A stretch of DNA of 64,000 nt from Patescibacteria group bacterium (GTDB lineage Bacteria; Patescibacteriota; Patescibacteriia; SG8-24), in contig JBAYFM010000008.1 of assembly GCA_041667185.1 (NCBI GenBank), positions 1,714 to 65,713 on the forward strand. Reading direction: 5' to 3'. Below, one piece after another: positions 17,701 to 26,048 of this stretch. How positions within the stretch are numbered: the first letter of the stretch is position 1; the number at the start of each line of letters is the position of its first letter. Made by a program: the position numbers and the translations under genes. The notes under the pieces are model-generated. The model was given only the letters and a program-made list of their open reading frames with translations. It was not told the origin of the DNA and did no database searches.

Positions 17701-18187
17701 GTTCGTGCGCCAGGCCGCTTCGCTCGGACTCGAGAAGCGCGCTGTCGCCGGCATTCCGGTGCGCCAGGCACTCGCCAAAGCGACGGTCCGTTCGGTCCAG
17801 GTTTTCGACCAGTGGATGAAAGAGATCGTGGCCGTGGAACTCAACGTCGAAGCGGTCGAGTCCGAGGTGATCAAGGAGGCGAAAGATGCCGCGGTCGAAC
17901 TCGACACCAACATCACGCCGGAACTCCGCCGCAAAGGCGCGGTCCGCGAACTCGTCCGCAACATCAACGACCTGCGCAAGACCGCTGGACTCACGGTGCA
18001 TGATCGCATCGTCTTGAATTGGAATGCCACCGGCGAATTCTGGCCGCAGGTCTTTGCCGAACATCGCGAGAGCTTGCTCAAAGACGTGCTGGCCGCGGAT
18101 ATCGCGGTCGGTTCCTCTGGCGAACTCGGCAACCGCGAGCTCGAGGTCGCCGGCGAGAAGGTCTGGCTCGGCATCAATAAAGTCTGA
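14738..18187 (+). CDS. ileS: isoleucyl-tRNA synthetase (type 2) with an inserted histidine-phosphatase (PGAM-like) domain
   Basis: EGPPTANGKPGIHH (HIGH class I), KMSKSKGN, editing/CP1 region, Zn knuckles CESC...CPKC. About 190 aa between the knuckles (nt ~16195-16775) carry RHGEAE, SDLLRTKETA and IVSHGD motifs of the histidine phosphatase superfamily. Start at MAKFHLPS (14738), with TATAAT 8 nt upstream. Confidence 0.9.
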   Translation: MAKFHLPSIEEEQLKKWDEKDVFRQVLNKPDQGKSFVFFEGPPTANGKPGIHHVLARSFKDVILRFRTMQGHKIDRKAGWDTHGLPVELEVEKQLGFTQKKQIEEFGIANFNAKCKESVWKYLDIWQQMTKRIAFWVDLEHPYITYTNDYIESLWSIIKEIDRKGLLYQGYRVTPHCPRCVTSLSSHELAQGYKDVDDQSVYVKFPIDAAAKRYFLVWTTTPWTLPGNDALAVGAAVTYAEVKMKATGETYILAKDRLVSLDGEYDILSEKTGEQLVGIAYQPLYDTAKAFTAAAESSRLANAYKVYAAGFVSTTDGTGIVHIAPAFGEDDARLGEAAKLPTLLTVDSTGMMLAEAPGKGRFIKKADEDVKADLTARGLLYKSETYRHAYPFCWRCGTPLLYYAKNSWYIRMSELREKLQQHNQAINWVPDHIRDGRFGEWLREVKDWALSRERYWGTPLPIWRCESCQERLTIGGMEEMKKLARPGNTYYLQRHGEAENNVANVVSSYPELKEWHLTAQGREQVQVAAKELKQHGIDLIFASDLLRTKETAEIIAAELGLPVVYDPRLRELGVGEANGKTIAEFHAQFASKLERFDKPAVGGENLRDCRRRLVAFVKELEAKYSGQRILIVSHGDPIWMLDSGFGGASDEETLTWRYNAVGAFSEFRPDGLPRDDQGRIDLHRPYVDEAALACPKCSGAMKRSTEVLDCWFDSGAMPFAQWHYPFENAERIDQGRNFPADYISEAIDQTRGWFYTLLAVSTLLDKPTPPYKNVICLGHVLDAKGQKMSKSKGNVVDPWLMISKYGADAIRYHFFTVNQPGEPKCFDEKSLDEVTKKVFLILWNVLTFWQMYAGEKARATDASPASQNELDRWILAELAELGSQLTGRLESYQVVDACRSLGDFINSLSTWYLRRSRDRFKGEPTERQAAVETLGYVLLTLSRLMAPFTPFLAEALYAEVGGPLASVHLDAWPTLKSLEDATLRTKMEFVRQAASLGLEKRAVAGIPVRQALAKATVRSVQVFDQWMKEIVAVELNVEAVESEVIKEAKDAAVELDTNITPELRRKGAVRELVRNINDLRKTAGLTVHDRIVLNWNATGEFWPQVFAEHRESLLKDVLAADIAVGSSGELGNRELEVAGEKVWLGINKV

Positions 18188-18300
18188 TAGGCTGAAGGAG
18201 TAGCGGAGTCAGGGAGAGACGGAGTCATGGAAGAACATCGATTCTCCCGCACTCTCACAAACTCCCTGACTCCGTCTCTCCCCAACTCCCATACTTCCGT
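18188..18300. repeat. GGGAG-rich inverted-repeat intergenic element (instance b)
   Basis: GGAGTCAGGGAGAGACGGAGTCA ... CTCCCTGACTCCGTCTCTCCCCAACTCCCA immediately 5' of the ruvA ATG. Confidence 0.65.
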
Positions 18301-18858
18301 ATGCTCATCACCATCACCGGCAAGATCACTCATAAGGGCGGCGATTTCGTCGTGGTCGAGGCTGGCGGTTTGGGTTATCAGGTCTATCTGGCCGCCGCCG
18401 CTTTGGAGAAAGCTAAAGTCGGAGCGAAAGCGGATTACTGGACGTACGAACATCTCCGCGAGGATGCCCACGACCTTTATGGTTTTCAGGATCGGCAGGA
18501 GTTGGCCATGTTCCATAAATTAGTCGCCGTTTCCGGCGTCGGTCCGAGAATGGCTTTGAATATCCTGGCGCTCGGCGCGATCACGGAAATCGAGCGGCTG
18601 ATCGAACGCGGCGACATCGACATGTTGTCGCGCGTGCCGCGCGTCGGCCGCAAGACCGCGCAGAAGATCGTGCTGGAACTCAAGGGCAAGCTCGTGGAAG
18701 CCGGCCGCGGCGACGTGGAAGACGAGGTGTTGACAGCGCTCGTGAATCTCGGTTATAGCCGGGAGCAAGCTCGCGAAGCGGTCAATCGCGTGTCCGCCGA
18801 TGAAGCGACGGTCGAGGGGCGGCTGCGCGCGGCGCTCCGCGGACTCGGCAAGAAGTGA
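18301..18858 (+). CDS. ruvA: Holliday junction DNA helicase RuvA
   Basis: MLITITGKI...VVVEAGGLGYQV... N-terminal OB domain, HhH motifs (GVGPRMALNIL), C-terminal domain. Confidence 0.9.
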   Translation: MLITITGKITHKGGDFVVVEAGGLGYQVYLAAAALEKAKVGAKADYWTYEHLREDAHDLYGFQDRQELAMFHKLVAVSGVGPRMALNILALGAITEIERLIERGDIDMLSRVPRVGRKTAQKIVLELKGKLVEAGRGDVEDEVLTALVNLGYSREQAREAVNRVSADEATVEGRLRAALRGLGKK

Positions 18859-18861
18859 GCG

Positions 18862-19938
18862 TTGATTGTGCCGATGCTCGCTGCGCGCAATGAGGGATCC
18901 TGGGACGCTTTCGTTCAGGCGAACGGCGGATGTTTTCTGCAATCCTGGGGCTGGTCCAGGTTCCAGGAAGCCGCCGGCCGGACCGCTTTCCGCTATCAGA
19001 TCGCCGAGCCTTCGGCGACCGGTTCTCCCGACGATGGCGAAACCTCGGTCCAGTTCTTGGTGCTCCGCCACGCGCTGCCGCTGGGCGCGGCTTATGCTTA
19101 TGTTCCGCGCGGCCCAGTGCTAGCGCGTGAAGGCGTTTTCGATCTCGGTCGTTTCGGTTCGTTCGTCGGCGCCTTGCGCGAAGCGGCTCAGCGCGAAGGT
19201 TGCATCTTCGCCCGCGTCGAGCTGCCGTATCCGCAGACCGGCGGTCCGGTCAGTATTCCCGAACTGGAGAGTCTGGGTTTCCGTTACGCCAAGTCGCTCC
19301 AGCCAGCGGATACTTCTATCGTCGATCTTGATCTGAGCGAGGAGGAATTGCTCGCGGCCATGCATCCGAAGACGCGTTATAATATCCGTCTCGCCGCGAA
19401 ACACGGGGTCGAGGTGCGCGAGGCTGTTCATGAGAACGCTCATGTCTTTCGCCAGGAGGTCGGAACATTCTGGCGTCTGCTCGCCGAAACTTCGGAGCGC
19501 GACAAGTTCCACACCCACTCGCAGGCTTATTACGAGACCATGCTCGACGTCCTGTCGCCGAAAAAAGACGGCGGCCTCAAGGTGCGGCTGGTCTTCGCAT
19601 TATATAAAGGAGAGCCGGCCGCCGCGGCGATCGTCGCTGAATACGGCGATACCGTGACTTATCTGCACGGCGCCTCTTCCAGCCGGCTGCGCCAGTACAT
19701 GGCGCCGTACCTGCTGCACTGGAAGCTGATCCAGGAAGCCAAGGCCCGCGGATTCGCCAAATACGACTTTTGGGGCGTGGCGCCGACGGACGATCCGGAG
19801 CATCCCTGGGCCGGCATCACCCGGTTCAAGCGCGGCTTCGGCGGCCGTCGTGAGTCGTATCTGGGAGCCTGGGAGTTGCCGATAAGCGGACTTTGGTATA
19901 ATCTCTATCGGTTCGCGAAGAGATTCAAGAACGTTTGA
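18862..19938 (+). CDS. FemAB-family peptidoglycan interpeptide-bridge aminoacyltransferase (FemX-like)
   Basis: Methicillin-resistance FemAB family features: FLQSWGW, YLHGASS..., KRGFGG at C-terminus. Confidence 0.75.
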   Translation: MIVPMLAARNEGSWDAFVQANGGCFLQSWGWSRFQEAAGRTAFRYQIAEPSATGSPDDGETSVQFLVLRHALPLGAAYAYVPRGPVLAREGVFDLGRFGSFVGALREAAQREGCIFARVELPYPQTGGPVSIPELESLGFRYAKSLQPADTSIVDLDLSEEELLAAMHPKTRYNIRLAAKHGVEVREAVHENAHVFRQEVGTFWRLLAETSERDKFHTHSQAYYETMLDVLSPKKDGGLKVRLVFALYKGEPAAAAIVAEYGDTVTYLHGASSSRLRQYMAPYLLHWKLIQEAKARGFAKYDFWGVAPTDDPEHPWAGITRFKRGFGGRRESYLGAWELPISGLWYNLYRFAKRFKNV

Positions 19939-19973
19939 CAAATAAGTGGCGGGGCATCCGTCATTTCAGATCC

Positions 19974-20260
19974 GTGCGCCCGTAGTACAACGGATAAGCC
20001 CGCTTGATATAATAAGGAAAAGATATGCGGGCTTGCGGCCAGAGGTGGCGGCCTTAGCCGCGTGTCTATAATGTCCGATTGCTGCGCAACCGGACTGAGC
20101 CTAAGCCCGCTTGATATAATAAGGAAAAGATATGCGGGCTTGCGGCCAGAGGTGGCGGCCTTAGCCGCGTGTCTATAATGTCCGATTGCTGCGCAACCGG
20201 ACTGAGCCGTAGAATGCGATCTTTAAAACCCCATCAGTAGACGGAAGTCGTCGATTTTTT
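19974..20260 (+). repeat. tRNA-Arg 5' fragment (acceptor to D-loop), two tandem family-1 hairpin elements (R1, R2), then a short tRNA fragment
   Basis: GTGCGCCCGTAGTACAACGGATA (19974-19996) matches the tRNA-Arg 5' end. R1 19997-20103 and R2 20104-20210 are near-identical (AGCCCGC-ATrich loop-GCGGGCT, TGCGGCCAGAGGTGGCGGCCTTAGCCGCG, GTCCGATTGCTGCGCAACCGGAC). AGAATGCGA (20211-20219) is the tRNA D-stem 3' / anticodon-stem 5' side. Confidence 0.85.
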
Positions 20261-20262
20261 GT

Positions 20263-20337
20263 GCGCCCGTAGTTCAACGGATAGAATGCGAGCCTCCGAA
20301 GCTTGAGATCTAAGTTCGATTCTTAGCGGGCGCACCA
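20263..20337 (+). tRNA. tRNA-Arg (anticodon CCG)
   Basis: Acceptor GCGCCCG/CGGGCGC, anticodon loop CUCCGAA, T-loop UUCGAUU, discriminator A, CCA encoded. Confidence 0.9.
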
Positions 20338-20344
20338 CTAAAGG

Positions 20345-20368
20345 ACAGCATCACGAATGCTGTTTTTT
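20345..20368 (+). terminator. rho-independent terminator after tRNA-Arg
   Basis: ACAGCATCACGAATGCTGT hairpin followed by TTTTTT. Confidence 0.7.
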
Positions 20369-20423
20369 AGTTTCCCGCCTTTGGCGGGACCCCGCCTTCC
20401 TCGAAGTAAATATAAGTGGCGGG

Positions 20424-20733
20424 GCAACGGATAAGCCCGCCCCGCACTTCGTGCGGGGACCAGGGCGGGCTTGCGGCCAGAGGTGGCGGCCTCCGCCGCG
20501 TGTTCTTTGTGTCCGGTCGCTGCGCAACCGGACTGGGCCTAAGCCCGCTTGATATAATAAGGAAAAGATATGCGGGCTTGCGGCCAAAAGTAGCGGCCTT
20601 AGCCGCGTGTCCATAATATCCGGTCGTTTAGCGACCGGACTGGGCCATAGAATGCGAGCCTCCGAAGCTTGAGATCCAAGTTCGATTCTTTGCCACCCGC
20701 AGCTTTGGCGGAGGGTGGTTAGCGGGCGCACCA
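20424..20733 (+). pseudogene. disrupted tRNA-Arg copy: D-loop fragment, two family-1 elements (R3, R4), tRNA 3' part with a 28-nt hairpin in the T-stem; no 5' acceptor strand
   Basis: CAACGGATA (20424-20432); R3 20433-20540 (variant with inner hairpin CCCCGCACTTCGTGCGGGG); R4 20541-20646; AGAATGCGAGCCTCCGAAGCTTGAGATCCAAGTTCGATTCTT (20647-20690); 28-nt hairpin TGCCACCCGCAGCTTTGGCGGAGGGTGG (20691-20718); TAGCGGGCGCACCA (20719-20733). Confidence 0.75.
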
Positions 20734-20861
20734 CCCCACGTCGCTCAAACTGCGGTTTGAGCTATGTGGGGTTGTAAGTATTGTTCTGACAGTCACGGAG
20801 ACTATAAAAGAAAAAACAGCGGCCACAAGGCTGCTGTTTTAGTTTGATTTGATCTCGTCGG

Positions 20862-21506
20862 TTACTTGATGAGTTTCAGGTTATTGTTCTTAGTGAGTTC
20901 TGATCTGATCAGATCACAGCCAGCAATATTTTGGGAGCGACGATCGTGCGCAGGACAATCTTCCATGTACATCAGCCAGTTCTCGGTCACTTCGTAGGGA
21001 TAACGTCCACCGGAGACGCAGACGTTGAAGTCTTTCTTGAAAGCCGTCAGGTTTCGGTATTGCGGCCGGTTCGGAATGACCACAATCGGCAAGAGACCGT
21101 TATCGCTGACGTCGCCGAGATAACGAAAAGCATAGACTTGGCCGTCTTCCTGGGCGAAGGTTTGGATCAATTTCCGGAAGTATTCTTCGGTCTGGGCCTT
21201 GCGGCACAGGCGGGAATTTTCGACCAAGTTTGCTATTGGGAATAGGGTTCGTATCGGCACGCGGTAGACGTCGACGGCTATAAGCGGATCGGTGATGGAA
21301 TACTCGATCAGTTTCGGCGGCCCCGAGATATTTTTTTTGATCGATTTTACGGTCGATGATCCTGAGGAGATGGCTAAGATATAGATCCACCAGCTGAAGA
21401 TCGCCGCCGCGGTTAGCCAGAACAGCCAGCTTGTCGACCTGGCGAACAAGATCGGAAAGGGATAGTTTTTGGATTTTTTCAGTCGTCCGAGCGAACTTGT
21501 GGGCAT
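20862..21506 (-). CDS. hypothetical membrane-anchored protein
   Basis: N-terminal TM (WLFWLTAAAIFSWWIYILAI). Last gene of the minus-strand envelope operon, 10 nt downstream of the preceding ORF. Confidence 0.5.
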   Translation of the reverse strand: MPTSSLGRLKKSKNYPFPILFARSTSWLFWLTAAAIFSWWIYILAISSGSSTVKSIKKNISGPPKLIEYSITDPLIAVDVYRVPIRTLFPIANLVENSRLCRKAQTEEYFRKLIQTFAQEDGQVYAFRYLGDVSDNGLLPIVVIPNRPQYRNLTAFKKDFNVCVSGGRYPYEVTENWLMYMEDCPAHDRRSQNIAGCDLIRSELTKNNNLKLIK

Positions 21507-21515
21507 ACCTTGCTC

Positions 21516-23459
21516 TTACTGGACTTTGCTCTTTCCTGCGGCCAACGGGTCTTGATCGAGCATCGTAGTGAGGGGCATCTGGGAAAGGATGATCGGTTGG
21601 CCCGTGGTCTTGTCCCGGGCCTCGAGGATGAGCGCGTCGATCAGGGTCGGAGTCCGTCCGGTCTGATCTTCGGTGGGCGTCAGCGCCACATCGAAAGACA
21701 GCCGCAGATTCTTGATGGTGGTCGGCAGCCAGTTGAGGGTCCAGATGATCTTCTCGGCGGCGGCGTCGAATTTCAGGTCGCCGGCGTCGATGTTCGAGCT
21801 GCCGGTCCAAACGACGTTCGCTGGCAGTCTGGCTGACAGCTTCAGGTCCACGAGATCGTGAAGGGTGTTGGCGATGGTCCAGTTGATCCGGTAGGTCGTC
21901 GCCTGGCCGACGGTCGGCGGCAGCGGACCCGTACCGATCGGCAGCCCGTCGGTGTTGAAGTAGCGTGCTTCGGCGGCCAATTTGACGTCGCTATTCAGCG
22001 TGGCGGCGAGAGGCGGAGTCTGGATCGTGCGGTCGGCTTCTTCCCCGTCAATGGTCTTGATATCGGCTTCGACCCGGGCCGTGACGCGATAATCCTTGTC
22101 CGGAGCAGTCTCAAGCGGGGCGGCGAGAAGCGGCAGGTCGAAGTTGATAGTGCCTTCGTCCTCGGGCGCGATCTTGCCCAGAGCGGTGATCTGTTTTTTG
22201 GTCCAGGTGATGCGATTCTTGTCCCGCAGGCCTTGCTGCTTGTCGCGCAGGTTGTTCCAGAGAACGACAGCCGGCAGGTCGGGAACGGTCTCCAGGATCG
22301 CAGTCAGGGTCACATCTTCCAGGATCACCCGGCCGGTGTTCTTGTAGGTGATGGAATAATGGAGTTGATCGCCGAAAGCCGCCGCCTGGTCGCCGGTCTT
22401 GCCGTTCAGGATCAGGGCCACCATCAGTTGTCCCTCGAGCACCTGAGTCGTGAAAGCGGCTTTTTTCTGCGGCTGGAAAGCGTCATTTGCGTCCAGATAG
22501 CCGATCTCGGCCGGGATCTCGATATCGCCTTTCGCTTCCGCGGCGAACGAGCCGGTTATCTTGACGTGTTGTTCGACAAGCGGCGCCAGCGTCTCGATCG
22601 GCCACTCGGTCAGCTTCTCGTCGAGCGCCGCCGGTTCGGCGGTCTCGGGGATGAAATTTTGCGGATAGCTGACTCGCAGCCGGAGTTTGTTCAGGTCCGC
22701 GTCCGCGGTGTTGACGAAGCCGAAATCGATGACGATCTTGTCGCCGGGCATGATCTTGGCCGGACCCGTGGCGCCGAGTTCGATCATCGAGTCGGTGACG
22801 ATCAGTGCGCGCGTGGCGACCTTCTGGAACTCGGAGTTGAAGTCGGCCGGCCGGTAGGTGAGGATCGCCTGGAGATCGAGCTGTTTCGCGAGCGGCGCGG
22901 TGATCACGCCTTCGACCGTTATCGAGCCGCCTTTGCCGGGGGCGATGGAACCGATCTTCCAGGTCGGTTCGGTCGAGGCCGGATCGAATCTGGTGGCGCT
23001 GAATTCTTTGGGCAGGCGCAGTTCGAGCGAGGCGGTGCCGAGAGCGATGTGCTCCTGGTTGCGGTAAGCGATGCGGAAAGAGATCGGCTGACCGCTCTTG
23101 ATTTCGCCCGGACCCTCGATCTCGACCGTCACGCCTTCGCCGCTGAATTTCTTGTCGCCAGGCGAGAAAAAGAAGAAGCCGGCCCAGGAGACCGCGGCCA
23201 GGAAAGCGAAAAAGATGACCAGGCCGAGCAGCAGTTTTTTAGCCATCGAAGGGTTGGCTTGTTCGAGTTTTGTCATGTCCCGCTGCTCTTGGTCGGTGGA
23301 GTCGTAGATCGAGTGCAATTCTTTCTCGAGTTCCGCCGGTGAGACCTGCGGCTGGTCTTTGCTCGGAACGGCGGCCGGCGTCTGGGCCGGCTCGGGCGGA
23401 AGTTTTTTCGGGGGTTGTCCGCCGGCGGATGAGGGCAAGGTTTTTTTGTGGAAAGGCAT
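21516..23459 (-). CDS. large membrane-anchored surface protein with repeated beta-sandwich-like segments (hypothetical)
   Basis: Cytoplasmic Pro-rich N-terminus, single TM (LLLGLVIFFAFLAAVSWAGFFFF), long T/V/D-rich extracellular region. Protein-like composition; the antisense + ORF is rejected. Confidence 0.6.
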   Translation of the reverse strand: MPFHKKTLPSSAGGQPPKKLPPEPAQTPAAVPSKDQPQVSPAELEKELHSIYDSTDQEQRDMTKLEQANPSMAKKLLLGLVIFFAFLAAVSWAGFFFFSPGDKKFSGEGVTVEIEGPGEIKSGQPISFRIAYRNQEHIALGTASLELRLPKEFSATRFDPASTEPTWKIGSIAPGKGGSITVEGVITAPLAKQLDLQAILTYRPADFNSEFQKVATRALIVTDSMIELGATGPAKIMPGDKIVIDFGFVNTADADLNKLRLRVSYPQNFIPETAEPAALDEKLTEWPIETLAPLVEQHVKITGSFAAEAKGDIEIPAEIGYLDANDAFQPQKKAAFTTQVLEGQLMVALILNGKTGDQAAAFGDQLHYSITYKNTGRVILEDVTLTAILETVPDLPAVVLWNNLRDKQQGLRDKNRITWTKKQITALGKIAPEDEGTINFDLPLLAAPLETAPDKDYRVTARVEADIKTIDGEEADRTIQTPPLAATLNSDVKLAAEARYFNTDGLPIGTGPLPPTVGQATTYRINWTIANTLHDLVDLKLSARLPANVVWTGSSNIDAGDLKFDAAAEKIIWTLNWLPTTIKNLRLSFDVALTPTEDQTGRTPTLIDALILEARDKTTGQPIILSQMPLTTMLDQDPLAAGKSKVQ

Positions 23460-23465
23460 AAAGGT

Positions 23466-26048
23466 TCAGTTGGACCGCGCTTCGGCTCCGAAGCTCAGGT
23501 CGCGATCAAGCGTGGCGGCGGCGTTCCAGCGCCCGCGGTCGTCTTCCCGGCGTTCCGGAACCTGCCAGGACAGATGGTAGCCGCGGGGCAGATCGATGCT
23601 GGTCGCGATCTCGGCCGGGTTGGCGCCGGGTTGTTTCTGGATCAGGAGCGAGTAGCGCAGCGACTGTCCGGGACGTTCGCCGGTCAGGAGATTGTAGAGG
23701 CCCGCGAGTCTGCCGGAGTTGACCTTGGCGGCGGTGATCGTTCCCGGCGGTAGTTTGTAGACCAGAGTGACGACACTGGTCTCGCCGGGATCGGTCATCA
23801 CCCAGTTGCCGAAGACAGTCTTGCCGGACTCGGTCATGATCTTGGTGCCGGTTTCCCGGTCGAGTTCGGCGTTCTTCTCGGTTTCAGCCACGGCCGGATC
23901 GGTCTTGCGGTCGGCTTCGGCAATCTTGAAAAGTTTCGGGTCCGGGGCGCTGAAACCGCCGGCTTCGACCAGCGTGCTGCCGAGCGGCGCGTAAACGCGC
24001 AGGTAGTCGACGTTCCGGACGCCGCTGAACAGCGCGCCCTTTTCTCCGTTATGCGTCCGTCTGATCGTGAGCGTCACGAGACCGGTGCCATCGTCGAGAA
24101 TCTTGACCGCGTGGTCGACAGTTTCCCGCATCACGAGATCGGTCTTCTGGCCGGCGATATTGGTGTGGACGATCTGCAGGTAATCGCCGCCGACGCTGCG
24201 GATCTCGCCGCCCCAACCGAGCGCCAAAGCGCGGGATTCGAGATCCTCGTCGCGGAACCAGAACAACGCCTGTTTTTCGGCCAGCGAGGAATAGAGCGTT
24301 TCGGTCAGTTTGAGCAGCATCGCCTGGTCGGCGCCGGCCAGCCGCTCCAGAATCTTCGGAGCCAGGTCGGCGATGAATTTCTTCGGCTGGTTGAGGTCCT
24401 TGTCGAAATCGAGTTCGACTTCTTTCTGGGTCTCGAAATAGAAATTATCGCTGTCGATGGTCTTGCCGTATTCGGCCATCTCCACCGGTCCGATGATCTT
24501 GAGCAGGTCCTCCATGAACGACATGGTGACCGCGATGACCCCGTCGGTGGTCGGGCCGCCGCTTTTCTCGTAGAACCAGGAGATCTTGCGGGCCGAGGAC
24601 GGGAAGTCGGCGTACCAGTTGGCGTCCTGGAACTCCCAGTTCGGGTTGATGAGGTGCAACGGCTGCGGCGAAGAGATCCTGGAGCGCAGGCTGCCCTGGA
24701 GATCATAGGAACCGCCGCCCGGAATCTCGACTTTCTTGATGTTGCCGCGGTTCATGTCCACGAGCGCGAAGCTGCCGATGAAGCCGCCGGTCGGCCGGAG
24801 TTCGGCGTTGTTCTGGAAGACGATGAGATAGCGTTTGGTGCCGTTCGGTCCGAGCACATCATGCAGCAGGCTGGCGGCCAGTTCGGCTTTGGCCAGCAGG
24901 GAGTTGAGTTTGGGGAGCTGGGCCTGGGCCGCGGCGAGCTGGCCGGCGTATTCTGGCGGCAGGTTCGCGGGCGAGATCTTGGTGAGCGATCTTTCCGCGG
25001 CCTGAAGATGCGGCAAAGCTTCGCCGAGCCGGCCGCGCAGTTCCGCGATCTTGGCCGTCGGTTCTTTTTGGGTGTCGAAAGCGGCGAAAGCGGCAGCGAG
25101 AGCGGCACCGCCGGCAGCGATCTCTTTTCCGGCGTTCAGGAGCGGCGCGGCAGCGGAGATCCGCGACCGGGCCGGGACGACTGCGGCGGCCGACATCATC
25201 AGATTGCCGAGAGTGCCGGTATTTTCTTTGGCGGAAGCGAAACTGCGCTCGGCTTCGGTGAACGCGGCGGCGGCCTCGTCGAATTTGCGGCTCGTCGCGG
25301 CCTGGCCGGCGCCTTGGAGCAGGGAAACTCCTTTGAGGCCGTCAGTCATGGCCAGTTGTTTGGTTTCGCGCAGCTGGGCGTAAGCGCTCCAGGCTCCGAA
25401 AGGCATGATGAGCAGCAGACAGATGCCGGCGAAACCGAGCAGACGCCGCGGCCAGCCCGATTCGCGCTGCAGCGAGAGTTGGAGATTCTGGGGTTGGAGT
25501 GATCGGGTCTGGATCTGGACCGCGGCGAGCGGCAGCAACGGGTTCAGCATCCGAGTTTCGCGGGGCGCTGGCGTCGGCGCGAACAGGCGTGTCGCGGCCG
25601 TCCAGGGCAGGGTCGCGATCTTCCAGACGAGGACCGCGAGCAGATGGACGACGGTCAGAATGGTCAGGTCGGCGAGCGGATGTTGGCTGAAGAAATTTTT
25701 CACGGTCAGCCAGACGGCGTGGCTGACGCTCGTGGCTTCGGGCGGCGGGAAGTCTTTCCAGCCGCGGGCCCGCGGCGCCAGGGACAGAGCGCGGACATCC
25801 TGCAGGTCTGAACCGGAACCGAATTTCGTCGCGATCCGCGACTCTGACGACTTGCTGCTCTCAACTGGTCGAGAGGCATTATTTGGCCTAAAATAGTCAT
25901 TTTTAAGGTCCAGCAGATGCGGTGAAACATGCTGGCGCGGCGCTGCGGTTTTGGTTGCGACAACCAGCCTGCTCGGGTGGATTTCCGGAGCGGTTTCGCG
26001 GCCAGTGAGAGATTGTGGGGCGCGGTCGGGCATCATCGTGGCAGTCAC
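23466..26048 (-). CDS. DUF4012 domain-containing membrane protein
   Basis: YLIVFQNNAELRPTGGFIGSFA hallmark of DUF4012. ATGA start/stop overlap with the upstream glycosyltransferase (26045-26048) indicates translational coupling. An internal start further downstream is possible. Confidence 0.7.
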   Translation of the reverse strand: MTATMMPDRAPQSLTGRETAPEIHPSRLVVATKTAAPRQHVSPHLLDLKNDYFRPNNASRPVESSKSSESRIATKFGSGSDLQDVRALSLAPRARGWKDFPPPEATSVSHAVWLTVKNFFSQHPLADLTILTVVHLLAVLVWKIATLPWTAATRLFAPTPAPRETRMLNPLLPLAAVQIQTRSLQPQNLQLSLQRESGWPRRLLGFAGICLLLIMPFGAWSAYAQLRETKQLAMTDGLKGVSLLQGAGQAATSRKFDEAAAAFTEAERSFASAKENTGTLGNLMMSAAAVVPARSRISAAAPLLNAGKEIAAGGAALAAAFAAFDTQKEPTAKIAELRGRLGEALPHLQAAERSLTKISPANLPPEYAGQLAAAQAQLPKLNSLLAKAELAASLLHDVLGPNGTKRYLIVFQNNAELRPTGGFIGSFALVDMNRGNIKKVEIPGGGSYDLQGSLRSRISSPQPLHLINPNWEFQDANWYADFPSSARKISWFYEKSGGPTTDGVIAVTMSFMEDLLKIIGPVEMAEYGKTIDSDNFYFETQKEVELDFDKDLNQPKKFIADLAPKILERLAGADQAMLLKLTETLYSSLAEKQALFWFRDEDLESRALALGWGGEIRSVGGDYLQIVHTNIAGQKTDLVMRETVDHAVKILDDGTGLVTLTIRRTHNGEKGALFSGVRNVDYLRVYAPLGSTLVEAGGFSAPDPKLFKIAEADRKTDPAVAETEKNAELDRETGTKIMTESGKTVFGNWVMTDPGETSVVTLVYKLPPGTITAAKVNSGRLAGLYNLLTGERPGQSLRYSLLIQKQPGANPAEIATSIDLPRGYHLSWQVPERREDDRGRWNAAATLDRDLSFGAEARSN

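Noticed and set aside
15629-18064. 811-aa ORF antisense to ileS (also 14753-15265 -, 14728-15423 +)
   Set aside because: Arg/Ala/Gly/Glu-rich, low-K/N/Y composition typical of spurious frames in high-GC DNA. ileS on the + strand has strong family motifs.
20351-20734. 127-aa minus ORF across the tRNA-Arg R3/R4 array; also ORFs 44408-45242 across the tRNA-Leu region
   Set aside because: Translate repeat/tRNA sequence. Composition and context argue against coding.
21858-25502. + strand ORFs 21858-23342 and 24051-25502 opposite the surface-protein and DUF4012 genes
   Set aside because: R/G/D/E-rich antisense frames. The minus-strand genes have TM segments, K/N/T-rich composition and translational coupling.
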